This document shows positions 14,659 to 23,831 of a stretch of 24,000 bases of DNA, piece after piece. How positions within the stretch are numbered: the stretch's first letter is position 1; every line of letters starts with the position of its first letter. The DNA comes from Bacteroidia bacterium (lineage in GTDB: Bacteria > Bacteroidota > Bacteroidia > J057). The stretch spans positions 98,334 to 122,333 of the forward strand of contig JALEFZ010000043.1 of NCBI GenBank assembly GCA_022760475.1, in the 5' to 3' direction. The notes below the pieces were generated by a model. That model did not search any database and was not told where the DNA came from. It worked only from the letters and a program-made list of their open reading frames with translations. The translations under genes were made by a program, and so were the position numbers.

Positions 14659-16425
14659 ATGCAACAGGAACTCATCAAACAGGTGGCTGAGACCATCATC
14701 GAGGCATTCGATGCTTTTATACTCGAGTTTGAAAAGGTAACGGCTAATGGCCGTAGCAGGTTTGAAAATAGGGATTGGCATGGAATCCAGTCCGACAGCA
14801 AGAAAAGATTGAACATTTACAAAAAGCAGGTTCCCAGGTTAGCCAGAAAGATCCGGCGGATCATGGGGGCAGAATTCTCCAATATGGAGCTTTGGCATAA
14901 GATCAAAAAAGCCTATGCTCCCCTTTCTCAAAAGAAATTTGCCTACGAAATTGCAGAGACCTATTTCAACTCAGTTTGTCGAAAAACAGTAGATAATTTT
15001 GGGGCTGATGAAGATGTAATGTTTGTCCATGACGAACACAACCAAAGAGAGTATGCCTCTGTAGCACCCATTTACAGGACGTATTTCATTGGGAATTCAC
15101 TGGAAGGTGTCTTTGCGGAAATCCTGGACGATTATGCCTTTGAAGCACCCTACAAGAACAAAGAACGTGATCTGGCCTCCATTGTAGGCCGATTCGAGGA
15201 GGAGGTACTCATGGAATACCCCTACCAGGGCATGATCAGGCTGGAGGTATTGAAATCTGTATTTTTCAGGAATAAAGGCGCGTATATCGTAGGTAGGGTT
15301 ATCATTGGCAAAGACACAGTCCCGATGATGCTGGTGATGTTGCATGGGGAAGATGGCATCGAAGTGGATACCTTACTTACCACAGAAGGTGATCTGAGTA
15401 TCGTTTTTAGTTTCACTCGTTCTTATTTTCTGGTAAGCGTAGCCATTCCCTCTGAACTGGTTCATTTCTTGCGTTCGGTTATGCCATATAAGCCATATAG
15501 TGATATTTACAACTCTATTGGCTTCAATAAGCACGGAAAAACCGAGTCTTTCAGGCACTTTGCCAAGCATTTGGAGAATACCGATGATCTATTTGTACAT
15601 GCACCGGGAATCAAGGGAATGGTGATGGCGGTTTTTACCCTTCCCTCCTACAACCTGGTTTTTAAGCTCATCAAGGATAGATTTGAGCCACCAAAGGTAA
15701 CCAACAAAGCGCATGTAAAGTCTTGTTACAAACTGGTTTCTCGTCATGACAGGGTAGGCAGGATGGCAGATACCCATGAGTTTGAATTTTTCACCCTTCC
15801 CAAGGATCGTTTTCAGCCTGAGCTATTGGAGGATCTGCTAAAAGTTGCTCCGTCTATTGTTCATGTGGATGAGGACAAGGATCAAGTAGTGATTGATCAT
15901 TTGTATACGGAAAGAAGAATGACCCCCTTAAATATATTCCTCGAGGATGTACAGGGTGAAGATGCGGATGAAGTCATAGATGAGTATGGAAATACCATCA
16001 AACAACTGGCAGCAGCCAACATTTTTCCTGGAGACATGTTGCTGAAAAATTTTGGAGTTACTCGCCATAAACGGGTGGTATTTTATGACTATGACGAAAT
16101 CGGTTTTTTGACAGATTATAATTTCAGGAAACTGCCCGAAGCCCAATATGATGGCGATGAAATGTATGATGATGGAGGTAGACCCTGGTTTGCAGTAGGG
16201 CCCAATGATGTCTTTCCGGAAGAATTCAGGCACTTTCTTATTGGCAAGGAAGCCATAAGGAAGATATTCTTCAATTACCACAAGGACCTTTTTGATCCCA
16301 AGTTCTGGAAAGAAATGCAGCAGAAACAAATCAAAGGGGAAATTGTGGATGTATTCCCTTACAGAAGGAGAAAAAGGTTTATACACCAAAGAGAGGCCCA
16401 AAGAAGAAGTTTGGGAGAGGATTAA
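14659..16425 (+). CDS. aceK: Isocitrate dehydrogenase kinase/phosphatase (AceK)
   Basis: 588 aa, and I recall it as collinear with E. coli AceK along the full length. Matching segments include APGIKGMVMAVFTLPSYNLVFKLIKDRF, HDRVGRMADTHEFE, QLAAANIFPGDMLLKNFGVTRHKRVVFYDYDEIGF and DVFPEEFRHFL. Confidence 0.92.
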   Translation: MQQELIKQVAETIIEAFDAFILEFEKVTANGRSRFENRDWHGIQSDSKKRLNIYKKQVPRLARKIRRIMGAEFSNMELWHKIKKAYAPLSQKKFAYEIAETYFNSVCRKTVDNFGADEDVMFVHDEHNQREYASVAPIYRTYFIGNSLEGVFAEILDDYAFEAPYKNKERDLASIVGRFEEEVLMEYPYQGMIRLEVLKSVFFRNKGAYIVGRVIIGKDTVPMMLVMLHGEDGIEVDTLLTTEGDLSIVFSFTRSYFLVSVAIPSELVHFLRSVMPYKPYSDIYNSIGFNKHGKTESFRHFAKHLENTDDLFVHAPGIKGMVMAVFTLPSYNLVFKLIKDRFEPPKVTNKAHVKSCYKLVSRHDRVGRMADTHEFEFFTLPKDRFQPELLEDLLKVAPSIVHVDEDKDQVVIDHLYTERRMTPLNIFLEDVQGEDADEVIDEYGNTIKQLAAANIFPGDMLLKNFGVTRHKRVVFYDYDEIGFLTDYNFRKLPEAQYDGDEMYDDGGRPWFAVGPNDVFPEEFRHFLIGKEAIRKIFFNYHKDLFDPKFWKEMQQKQIKGEIVDVFPYRRRKRFIHQREAQRRSLGED

Positions 16426-17153
16426 GCCGCGGACTTGCCTGAATGTTCAATGATGAGTCCCTCAATGATCATATATTGGGCAATGCCGTAGGTGAGCATG
16501 ATCCAAAATGAATGGTAGGGCAGGCTCATGCTTTCTCCAGCGAATTTACCCAAGGCGATTAGGCTGTCAGAGAGCATAAAAAGGATGGCTCCAACAAAAA
16601 CCAATCGAAAACTATTCCTGTTTTGGCTAGTGATCCTATTCAATGCGGTCAAAGACATCAGACAGATAACCCCTGCATAGACAAATACCGGTATTTTCAT
16701 GTCGCCAAGACCTGGGTAAATGGTATAAATCAAGGCGGCGGCATAGAGCAGGAAAGGAAGTATCAGCCAAGGCTTCCTGATTAAAACAGGCTTTATGGCT
16801 GCATTTTTCTGACCACTGAGGAATATAACGATGTAGCAAACATGTGCAATAAGAAATGAACCTAAACCAAGTAAGAAAAATAACAAGCCTTCAAACATTA
16901 GCCAGACATCTCCAGAAAATGAAAAGATCAGGGCTAACAGGACCCAGTTCTGGAGCCTTTTACTTGCACCACCCTTGTTATTGATGTAATAAAACATCAA
17001 GAGCGGCATCAAAAGGCTTTTACTCAGCATAGCCACTGATTCAGGAAGATTGGGGACCAGCCTGGTAATTAATTGGATAATAAAGTCAATGAAAAATAAG
17101 ACCAAAAAAAGTCGATTGGTCTTAATACTTGCCTTGGTGATTGTGGAATTCAT
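16422..17153 (-). CDS. YhhN-family membrane protein (lysoplasmalogenase-like)
   Basis: 243-aa polytopic protein with SKSLLMPLLMFYY and FSFSGDVWLMF motifs resembling the YhhN/TMEM86 family. Its stop codon overlaps the aceK stop (convergent). Confidence 0.7.
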   Translation of the reverse strand: MNSTITKASIKTNRLFLVLFFIDFIIQLITRLVPNLPESVAMLSKSLLMPLLMFYYINNKGGASKRLQNWVLLALIFSFSGDVWLMFEGLLFFLLGLGSFLIAHVCYIVIFLSGQKNAAIKPVLIRKPWLILPFLLYAAALIYTIYPGLGDMKIPVFVYAGVICLMSLTALNRITSQNRNSFRLVFVGAILFMLSDSLIALGKFAGESMSLPYHSFWIMLTYGIAQYMIIEGLIIEHSGKSAA

Positions 17154-17187
17154 ATTTCAATATGCGAAAACCACATATTAATGTAAA

Positions 17188-17760
17188 TCATGAAAGGCTC
17201 AATGCTTTTTCTTTTGCTGTCTTGACAGCCTGGGTTAGCCACAAGAATTCATGGACAAACTTATTGGCATCTTTTTCCATCTTTTCATTCTGAGGTTCTC
17301 CTTCAGGACTATAAACTTCCTGAATCAAGGGTACCAAAAGTTTCTTTGGAATGGGGTAGGCTCCCAAACTGAGGATCAATTGCTGCATTTCTGTAGAGGC
17401 GTTGATGCCTCCCATGCGACCACTTCCTGTGGACACTACTCCGATAACTTTCTTCCCAAACTCCTTCCAATAATGGTCAATGGCATTCTTAAGGACACCG
17501 GTGTAACTTCCGTGGTATTCAGGTGATACCAGGATCATGCCATCGGAATTAGCGAGAAGTTGCCCAACTTTGGGGAGGTTAGGGTCTGGACTTTCGACGT
17601 CAGCCCATCGGTATTCATACTGAGGCAAGGGATGCTCTCTGAGGTCAAGCAAATAAGGCTCTACTCCTTCTGCCTTTTCCAAAAGGGCATGAAGATGTTT
17701 TGCTACGCGATCAGATTTTCTACCTTCTCGGATGCTACCTAGTATGATTGTTACTTTCAT
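17188..17760 (-). CDS. NADPH-dependent FMN reductase family oxidoreductase
   Basis: 190 aa. The N-terminus MKVTIILGSIREGRKSDRVAKHL and the segment LVSPEYHGSYTGVLKNAIDH are typical of the flavodoxin-like FMN_red family. Confidence 0.78.
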   Translation of the reverse strand: MKVTIILGSIREGRKSDRVAKHLHALLEKAEGVEPYLLDLREHPLPQYEYRWADVESPDPNLPKVGQLLANSDGMILVSPEYHGSYTGVLKNAIDHYWKEFGKKVIGVVSTGSGRMGGINASTEMQQLILSLGAYPIPKKLLVPLIQEVYSPEGEPQNEKMEKDANKFVHEFLWLTQAVKTAKEKALSLS

Positions 17761-17812
17761 ATGGGTACTAACAGATAATTTGGTAGGAAGTTATGAGAAA
17801 TTTAATAAATTC

Positions 17813-17844
17813 CTTTGCCTGAGCCAGAATAATCATTACTTTTG
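17813..17844 (+). promoter_or_regulatory. Bacteroidota-type sigma-A promoter for rpmH-rnpA (-33 TTTG / -7 TAnnTTTG)
   Basis: TTTG lies at 17813-17816 and TACTTTTG at 17837-17844, with 20 nt between them. The rpmH ATG is 25 nt downstream of the -7 box. Confidence 0.5.
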
Positions 17845-17868
17845 CAATCCTTTCTAAAGAAGAGAGTA

Positions 17869-18030
17869 ATGAAACGTACATTCCAACCAAGTAATAGAAA
17901 GCGCAGGAACAAGCATGGATTCCGCGCAAGAATGGCTACTCCAGGTGGTCGTAAAGTACTAGCTGCAAGAAGAGCTAAAGGACGTCACAGGTTGTCAGTG
18001 AGCGACGAAGGTCGTCATAAGCAGAAGTAA
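17869..18030 (+). CDS. rpmH: 50S ribosomal protein L34
   Basis: [39 protein letters not shown] is the canonical L34 sequence. The TTG at 17842 in the ORF track lies inside the predicted -7 box, so I prefer the ATG at 17869. Confidence 0.93.
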   Translation: MKRTFQPSNRKRRNKHGFRARMATPGGRKVLAARRAKGRHRLSVSDEGRHKQK

Positions 18031-18042
18031 TATTTAGGAAAT

Positions 18043-18465
18043 ATGAATTCTCCTGAATCGCCCAGGAGGTATTTTTTTCCTAAAGAAGAAAAACTCTGCA
18101 GCAAAAAAGTTATATCTGATTTATTTGAGCACGGTAACTCATTAAGGGTTGGTGTGCTTAAGTTTTTTTATTTAGATACGGTTGATCCTGCCTACCAAAA
18201 GATTCCGATCCAAGTAGCCTTTGCCGTTCCCAAACGGAGCTTCAAGAAGGCATTTATGAGAAATCGTCTCAAACGCCGCCTCAGGGAAAGTTACCGTCTC
18301 CAAAAACATCTCATCCTTCCGCAAATCTCCCAAGGAGGAAATAGACTTGCAATTTTTGTAAAATATAGTGCAAGAAATGAGGTGGCCTATCAGACCATTT
18401 ACAAGGCCATGCGAAAAGGGCTCCTGAAGATCAAAACTGAATGTCTGAAGGATGAACAAAGTTGA
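18043..18465 (+). CDS. rnpA: Ribonuclease P protein component
   Basis: It lies directly downstream of rpmH. It is a basic protein with the RNR motif region (AFMRNRLKRRLRESYR). Confidence 0.85.
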   Translation: MNSPESPRRYFFPKEEKLCSKKVISDLFEHGNSLRVGVLKFFYLDTVDPAYQKIPIQVAFAVPKRSFKKAFMRNRLKRRLRESYRLQKHLILPQISQGGNRLAIFVKYSARNEVAYQTIYKAMRKGLLKIKTECLKDEQS

Positions 18466-18678
18466 CCATTGCCGTTAAACTTGGATTCTTTTTGAAGGAA
18501 TTCATATATTTTTTACAGCTTTGGTCAAATAAGCAAAACATACCTTGCAGGGATGGTAGTTAAAATTCCTATCTTGTAGGAATAGCGTATAGATTGCCTG
18601 CTTAGAAAGAAGTGCATTGCTTAGCTTAGACTTATTCCGAACAACACTTAAACCGAGGTTCTTATACTTCAGTTATCT

Positions 18679-20352
18679 ATGAAATTACATAAGAAACTAC
18701 TCTTTTTCCTGCTTCTGCCTCTCACCATATTATTTGTTGGTTTTGCTACAGACATTAAAGATGACTACTTCGAGATATCCAAGAACCTGGATATTTTTGG
18801 TAAGCTCTATCGTGAAGTAAATTCTCTTTATGTAGAAGAGACTGACCCTTCCAAGCTCATGAGAACGGGGGTAGATGCCATGTTGAAGTCTCTTGATCCT
18901 TATACAACCTACATCAGTGAAGAGGAAAAGGACAAATTAACCTTCATGAGTACAGGAGAATATGGAGGAATAGGCACATTAGTTCAGAAGAGAGGTGATC
19001 GATTCATCATTACTGAGCCATATAAAGGGGCACCAGCTGACCGAGCAGGCCTGAAGATTGGGGATGAGATTTTGAAAGTTGGTGAACAAAGTGTAGTGGG
19101 CGAAGAGGTAGTTTTGAAAGATATAAAAAACCTCCTCAGGGGAGAAAATAATTCGGCTATTACACTTACAGTAAAAAGACCTGGTGAGTCCGACCCAAGG
19201 GAAATTTCTGTAACCAGAGAAAAAATCAAGGTAAAGAATGTCCCTTATTATGGCTTGGCAGAAGACAGAATTGGCTATATCAAGCTTACTGGATTTACCA
19301 GAGGGGCATCCAGAGAGGTTCAAAGTGCCTATGAAATATTAAAAATGGAAAGTTCCAAGCTGGAATCCCTTATCCTTGATTTGAGAGGAAATCCTGGAGG
19401 GCGCCTGGATGAGGCTGTAAAGATTGTAAACCTATTTGTTCTTCAAAAAGAAACTGTCGTGGAGACCAGAGGCCGTCAGGAAAATAGTAGACGTATTCAC
19501 TATGCCCAACGGGTTCCTGTAGATACTAAAATTCCTTTGGTCGTACTTATTGACAAGCAAAGTGCTTCAGCCTCGGAGATTGTGGCAGGTGCCTTACAAG
19601 ATCTTGACAGAGCCGTATTGGTAGGGCAGAGGAGCTTTGGTAAAGGCTTGGTCCAAAACATCCGCCCCCTTGCTTATGAAGCCAAACTCAAGGTAACTAC
19701 AGCCAAGTACTATACCCCTAGTGGAAGATGTATTCAGGCGTTGGATTATGGGGAAAGAGATAAAAATGGAAGGGCTACACGCATCCCGGATAGCCTGAAG
19801 TCTGAGTTTTCTACCCGAAATGGCAGAAAGGTTCGCGATGGGGGGGGGATCAAGCCAGACCTTGAGGTTCAAATTGGAGAGGAGGTATCTCTGATTTCCA
19901 GCCTGAAAGGACAGGGGGTGATTTTCGATTTTGTAACGGACTTCAGTCAGAAAAACGCTAAAATAGCTTCACCTAGAGAATTCGTTTTGGATGATCAGGT
20001 GTACTCAGAATTCATGGACTTCGTCAAGAGCAAGAAGTTTTCTTATCAAACCAATTCGGACAGAGAGTTGGAGGACCTGAGAGATGTACTACAGAAGGAA
20101 GCTTATGCAAGTGAGTTGAGCAAAGAAATTGACCTCCTGGGAGAAAAGTTGGAAGAAATGAAAATGGAAGACCTCAAAAGGTACCAGGATCGCGTAAGCT
20201 GGTTGATCAAAGAAGAAATTGTAAAAAGGTATTACTACAGAAATGGCATCATAGAGGCAGCCCTTGACCATGATCAGGAGGTCAAGGAAGCAACATCTGT
20301 ATTGTCCAATAAGAAAAAGTACCAGCAAGTCCTTCAGGGCACAGGAAACTGA
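18679..20352 (+). CDS. S41-family C-terminal processing peptidase with a PDZ domain
   Basis: It has an N-terminal signal/anchor, a PDZ-like segment (GAPADRAGLKIGDEILKVGEQSV), DLRGNPGG, a catalytic Ser context (DKQSASASEIVAGALQD) and a Lys context (GQRSFGKGLVQ). Confidence 0.88.
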   Translation: MKLHKKLLFFLLLPLTILFVGFATDIKDDYFEISKNLDIFGKLYREVNSLYVEETDPSKLMRTGVDAMLKSLDPYTTYISEEEKDKLTFMSTGEYGGIGTLVQKRGDRFIITEPYKGAPADRAGLKIGDEILKVGEQSVVGEEVVLKDIKNLLRGENNSAITLTVKRPGESDPREISVTREKIKVKNVPYYGLAEDRIGYIKLTGFTRGASREVQSAYEILKMESSKLESLILDLRGNPGGRLDEAVKIVNLFVLQKETVVETRGRQENSRRIHYAQRVPVDTKIPLVVLIDKQSASASEIVAGALQDLDRAVLVGQRSFGKGLVQNIRPLAYEAKLKVTTAKYYTPSGRCIQALDYGERDKNGRATRIPDSLKSEFSTRNGRKVRDGGGIKPDLEVQIGEEVSLISSLKGQGVIFDFVTDFSQKNAKIASPREFVLDDQVYSEFMDFVKSKKFSYQTNSDRELEDLRDVLQKEAYASELSKEIDLLGEKLEEMKMEDLKRYQDRVSWLIKEEIVKRYYYRNGIIEAALDHDQEVKEATSVLSNKKKYQQVLQGTGN

Positions 20353-20362
20353 TGTAGATCCA

Positions 20363-20406
20363 ATGGAATGAGAACCTTTTCCTAGAAGGGTAGTTGATCA
20401 TTCCAT
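20363..20406 (+). other. Long-range hairpin downstream of the S41 peptidase gene
   Basis: atggaatga (20363-20371) pairs with tcattccat (20398-20406), giving 9 bp around a 26-nt loop. No T tract follows, so terminator function is doubtful. Confidence 0.3.
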
Positions 20407-20431
20407 ACAATCAAATTTCTTTAGACTTCAG

Positions 20432-20935
20432 ATGATCAGAAAGGCTGTCCTCTATTTCTTAATAGCAATAAGTTCATTCCCCAGTTTGCTTGCTTGCGAG
20501 TGTGAAACTCCGTCTACTGAGGAAATTGCATTGACAAATTCGACCTTTGCCTTTGTCGGTAAATGCGTCCTGCTGAATACCAACTGGATGTCAGGAGGAA
20601 TGAAGTACTCCTTTCAGGTAGAGAAAAGCTGGAAGAAGGCCACCCCCGCCTTGATGATTGTAAATGTCCCCTTCGTTCAAGAATGTGGTGGAATGAAGTT
20701 CGACATTGGTAAGGATTACCTGGTATTCGTTGAAAAGAAATTCACACCTAAAAGCAATCGTTGCATGGGAACAGTTCCCTTAGGCGAGGCTGATATTAGC
20801 AGTTTTGGCGAAGGCATGTCTCCCCAACAATCCAACATGATCCAACCCCTTATTTGGACAATCAGCATTCTTGCCATAATGGGTTTGGCGATTGTGTTAT
20901 TTGTTGTTCTGAAAAGAAATCCCAAGGAGAATTAA
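20432..20935 (+). CDS. Hypothetical exported protein with an N-terminal CxC motif (TIMP/NTR-like OB-fold candidate) and a C-terminal TM anchor
   Basis: The signal peptide ends in SLLA|CECETPSTEE...FAFVGKCV. Further Cys lie at QECGG and NRCMG. The C-terminal helix is LIWTISILAIMGLAIVLFVVL. The pattern resembles bacterial proteins annotated as TIMP-like. Confidence 0.5.
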   Translation: MIRKAVLYFLIAISSFPSLLACECETPSTEEIALTNSTFAFVGKCVLLNTNWMSGGMKYSFQVEKSWKKATPALMIVNVPFVQECGGMKFDIGKDYLVFVEKKFTPKSNRCMGTVPLGEADISSFGEGMSPQQSNMIQPLIWTISILAIMGLAIVLFVVLKRNPKEN

Positions 20936-21034
20936 TGCTTGGTGAAGAATTTTAATCCAGTGATGGCTTTTGCTAGAATTTGGTAATTTCCAAGTCTATA
21001 TATTGACTATATAACTAACTAAACAGACTCTACC

Positions 21035-21718
21035 ATGTCCGATCCTGCTGCATCTGTAAAAATTGAAGAAGGCTGGAAACAAGCCCTTATGTCTGAATGG
21101 GGGAAGCCGTATTTCAAGGATCTCAAGGCTTTTTTACTGGAAGAACGTAAGCAGGGAATCAGGGTGTTTCCTCCTGGATCATTGATATTCAATGCTTTTA
21201 ACAAAACTCCGTATGACAAGGTCAAGGTTGTAATCATTGGTCAAGATCCTTATCACACACCAGGTGCAGCCCATGGCCTTTGCTTTTCTGTTCCCAGGGA
21301 TCAGCGTATCCCGCCCTCTCTTAGAAACATCTACAAAGAGATGCAAGATGACATTGGAACAACAATTCCTAAGCATGGCAACCTGGAAAAGTGGGCAGAT
21401 CAGGGAATACTATTGCTCAATTCCATCTTGACTGTAAGGGCAGGGCAGGCTAAGTCTCACCACAAAAAGGGCTGGGAACATTTCACAGGTGCTGTACTCA
21501 ACAAACTGAATTCTGATAGACAAAACCTGATTTTTCTCCTTTGGGGAAGGCCAGCGCAAAAATTGGGCGAATTGATAGATCCTTCGAGGCACTATAAGTT
21601 GACTGCAGCCCATCCATCACCTCTGGCAAGAGGGGCATACTTCGGCTCAAAGCATTTTTCACAAACCAATGCCATACTTGAAAAACTCGGGAAAGAACCC
21701 ATAGACTGGCAAGTGTAA
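21035..21718 (+). CDS. ung: Uracil-DNA glycosylase, family 1
   Basis: It carries motif A (VIIGQDPYHTPGAAHGLCFSV) and motif B (AAHPSPLARG). At 227 aa, the length is typical for this family. Confidence 0.93.
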   Translation: MSDPAASVKIEEGWKQALMSEWGKPYFKDLKAFLLEERKQGIRVFPPGSLIFNAFNKTPYDKVKVVIIGQDPYHTPGAAHGLCFSVPRDQRIPPSLRNIYKEMQDDIGTTIPKHGNLEKWADQGILLLNSILTVRAGQAKSHHKKGWEHFTGAVLNKLNSDRQNLIFLLWGRPAQKLGELIDPSRHYKLTAAHPSPLARGAYFGSKHFSQTNAILEKLGKEPIDWQV

Positions 21719-22048
21719 ATAGACTTCAAGCTATGACATTCATCCAGGAGTATGGTTAGGATAGAAATGGCATGTACCCTTTTGAGTGTTTGAAACGGGC
21801 AACTTGGGTTAATTAGGGCTAATCAACTTGGCCAGTTTGCAGAGGAAGACAATATTCTGGTGATTTATGATCTACTAAATCTGGAAGGTGCCAATGTATA
21901 GTAGCAAGCTGGAGGCGCTCCGACATTTGATGAATATTGAGGCATGAAGCAAGTAAGTATTAGCAATATTTGGAAGCTAATCTTTCCTATTTTAAATTTT
22001 GGAGTCTATGGGACTTTTTTTATGAAGATCTTCACCTAACTAACGCCT

Positions 22049-23830
22049 ATGAAAGGAATTTCTACCCTTCTTTTTGCTGTATTAATGTTTAAACTCTTAT
22101 CTGCTCAAATGGGCATGACCCCATTTGAAAATACCTGGGGAGAGGAAACCGCTACCTATCAGCAGGCCATTGATTTTTATAAACAACTGGCCGAGACTTA
22201 TCCAGAGGTGGAGATAAAGGAGTATGGCCGTTCAGATGTCGGCAAACCCATGCACCTGGTAGTGATCTCAGGTCAAAAAATATTTGACCCTAAAAAAGCC
22301 AAGAAAGAAGGGATTCCGATGATCCTTATTAACAATGCCATACATCCAGGCGAGCCTTGTGGGGTAGATGCTTCGATGATGCTTGCCCGTAATCTTCTGG
22401 AGGATAAGAAGCTCAGGCCGATGCTGGATGAGCTCATCATTGGAATCATCCCGATATACAACATCGGAGGTGCGCTTAATAGAGGCTGTTGTAGCCGTGC
22501 AAATCAAGAAGGTCCGTTAAGTTATGGTTTCCGTGGAAATGCCGGGAACTACGACTTGAATAGGGATTTCATCAAAATGGATACCCGAAATGCCCATGCA
22601 TTCGCCCGAATATTTCAGACTTGGCTGCCCGAAATATTCATTGATACCCACACTACAAACGGAGCTGACTATCAGGCAACCCTCACGCTAATTGCTACAA
22701 GACCTGAAAAATTGGAGAAGTCCGCTGCAGCATACCAAACGGAAACCCTGGTTCCTGCACTTGAGAAATACATGAAAAAGAAATCTTCATACCACATGTG
22801 CCCCTATGTCTATTCGGTAGGAAATGTACCTGACAAGGGAATCGCAGGCTTCCTGGACTTGCCAAGGTATTCTTCCGGTTATGCATCCTTGTTCCAAACC
22901 ATGAGTTTCATTACCGAGGCACATATGCTGAAGCCCTTTAAGGACAGGGTGACAGCAACTTATGATTTCTTATCAGGAACAGTTGAGTTTGTTTCTAAGA
23001 ATCCGGGGGCTGTTTTTGAAGCTGTCGTAAAAGCAAGGCTTGAGGCTTACAACAAAAAGTCCTTTGCTGTCAATTGGAAACTGGATCAAGAGAAACAGGA
23101 TGAATTGATGTTCAAGGGCTTTGAATACAGTTATGAAACAAGCAAGGTAACAGGGAAAGATCGTTTGAGATATCATCGGGATAAACCTTTTGAAAAGAAA
23201 ATCCCCTATTTCAACAGTTTCAGCGCCACTACGGTAGTTGAAAAGCCAAATGCCTACATTTTACCTCAGACTTACTGGGAGGTTGAAGAAAAACTCAAGG
23301 CCAACAAAGTTGAATACTTTTACCTGGATACGGATACAACTATGGAAGTAGAGGTGTACTACCTGGATAAGGTTCATACTCAAATGAGGTCTTATGAAGG
23401 GCATTTTTACCATGATTCTGTCGAACTAAGGAAGGAGTTTCAAAAAATCAGATTCTACAAAGGAGATCTAATTATCTACACCAATCAACTTCATTCCCAA
23501 TACCTCGTACATATTTTTGAGCCTTTAGCGGCTGATGCACTTTTCAGATGGAATGCTTTTGATGGGGTCTTGATGCAGAAAGAATACTTTTCTTCCTATG
23601 TATTTGAAGAAAGGGCTGAAGAAATTCTTGCCAGGAATTCAGAACTTAAAGCTGCATTTGAAAAAAAGAAGGCAGAGGATGAATCTTTTAGAGAAAGCGC
23701 AAGGGCTCAATTATTTTACATTTACACCCACTCGGTTCACTATGAAAAAACACATCGGAGGTATCCGGTGTTTAGATGGCAAGGAATAGGCGTACTACCC
23801 TTAACCATGGGGCAAACAGATAAAAACTGA
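22049..23830 (+). CDS. M14-family zinc carboxypeptidase-like protein, secreted
   Basis: It has a signal peptide (LLFAVLMFKLLSAQ), an HxxE zinc motif (NNAIHPGEPCG), NYDLNRDF, and a third-ligand His context (FIDTHTTNGADY). Confidence 0.75.
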   Translation: MKGISTLLFAVLMFKLLSAQMGMTPFENTWGEETATYQQAIDFYKQLAETYPEVEIKEYGRSDVGKPMHLVVISGQKIFDPKKAKKEGIPMILINNAIHPGEPCGVDASMMLARNLLEDKKLRPMLDELIIGIIPIYNIGGALNRGCCSRANQEGPLSYGFRGNAGNYDLNRDFIKMDTRNAHAFARIFQTWLPEIFIDTHTTNGADYQATLTLIATRPEKLEKSAAAYQTETLVPALEKYMKKKSSYHMCPYVYSVGNVPDKGIAGFLDLPRYSSGYASLFQTMSFITEAHMLKPFKDRVTATYDFLSGTVEFVSKNPGAVFEAVVKARLEAYNKKSFAVNWKLDQEKQDELMFKGFEYSYETSKVTGKDRLRYHRDKPFEKKIPYFNSFSATTVVEKPNAYILPQTYWEVEEKLKANKVEYFYLDTDTTMEVEVYYLDKVHTQMRSYEGHFYHDSVELRKEFQKIRFYKGDLIIYTNQLHSQYLVHIFEPLAADALFRWNAFDGVLMQKEYFSSYVFEERAEEILARNSELKAAFEKKKAEDESFRESARAQLFYIYTHSVHYEKTHRRYPVFRWQGIGVLPLTMGQTDKN

Positions 23831-23831
23831 T

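Noticed and set aside
30-16401. There are long antisense ORFs inside well-supported genes, for example 30-527(-), 5730-6260(-), 7737-8129(-), 11916-12350(-) and 15928-16401(-).
   Set aside because: They are shadow ORFs opposite strongly recognisable coding frames (ActB, CoxII, CoxI, CoxIII, AceK). Their translations show no recognisable motifs.
17842-17868. The ORF track starts rpmH at TTG 17842, adding MQSFLKKRV to L34.
   Set aside because: The TTG lies within the predicted -7 promoter box (TACTTTTG, 17837-17844). The canonical L34 N-terminus MKRTFQPS begins at ATG 17869.
17761-18678. rpmH-rnpA often lie near oriC/dnaA, so I considered a replication origin here.
   Set aside because: No dnaA gene is present, and I found no cluster of TTATCCACA-like boxes or AT-rich unwinding element. 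The 213-nt spacer at 18466-18678 contains only a small hairpin (attccta/taggaat, 18565-18583) and short gcttag repeats.
18466-18678. I considered a possible tRNA or small RNA gene in the 213-nt spacer upstream of the S41 peptidase gene.
   Set aside because: It has no T-loop (GGTTCGAATCC-like) or cloverleaf potential, no terminator, and no recognisable promoter box. It is most simply a 5' UTR or promoter region.
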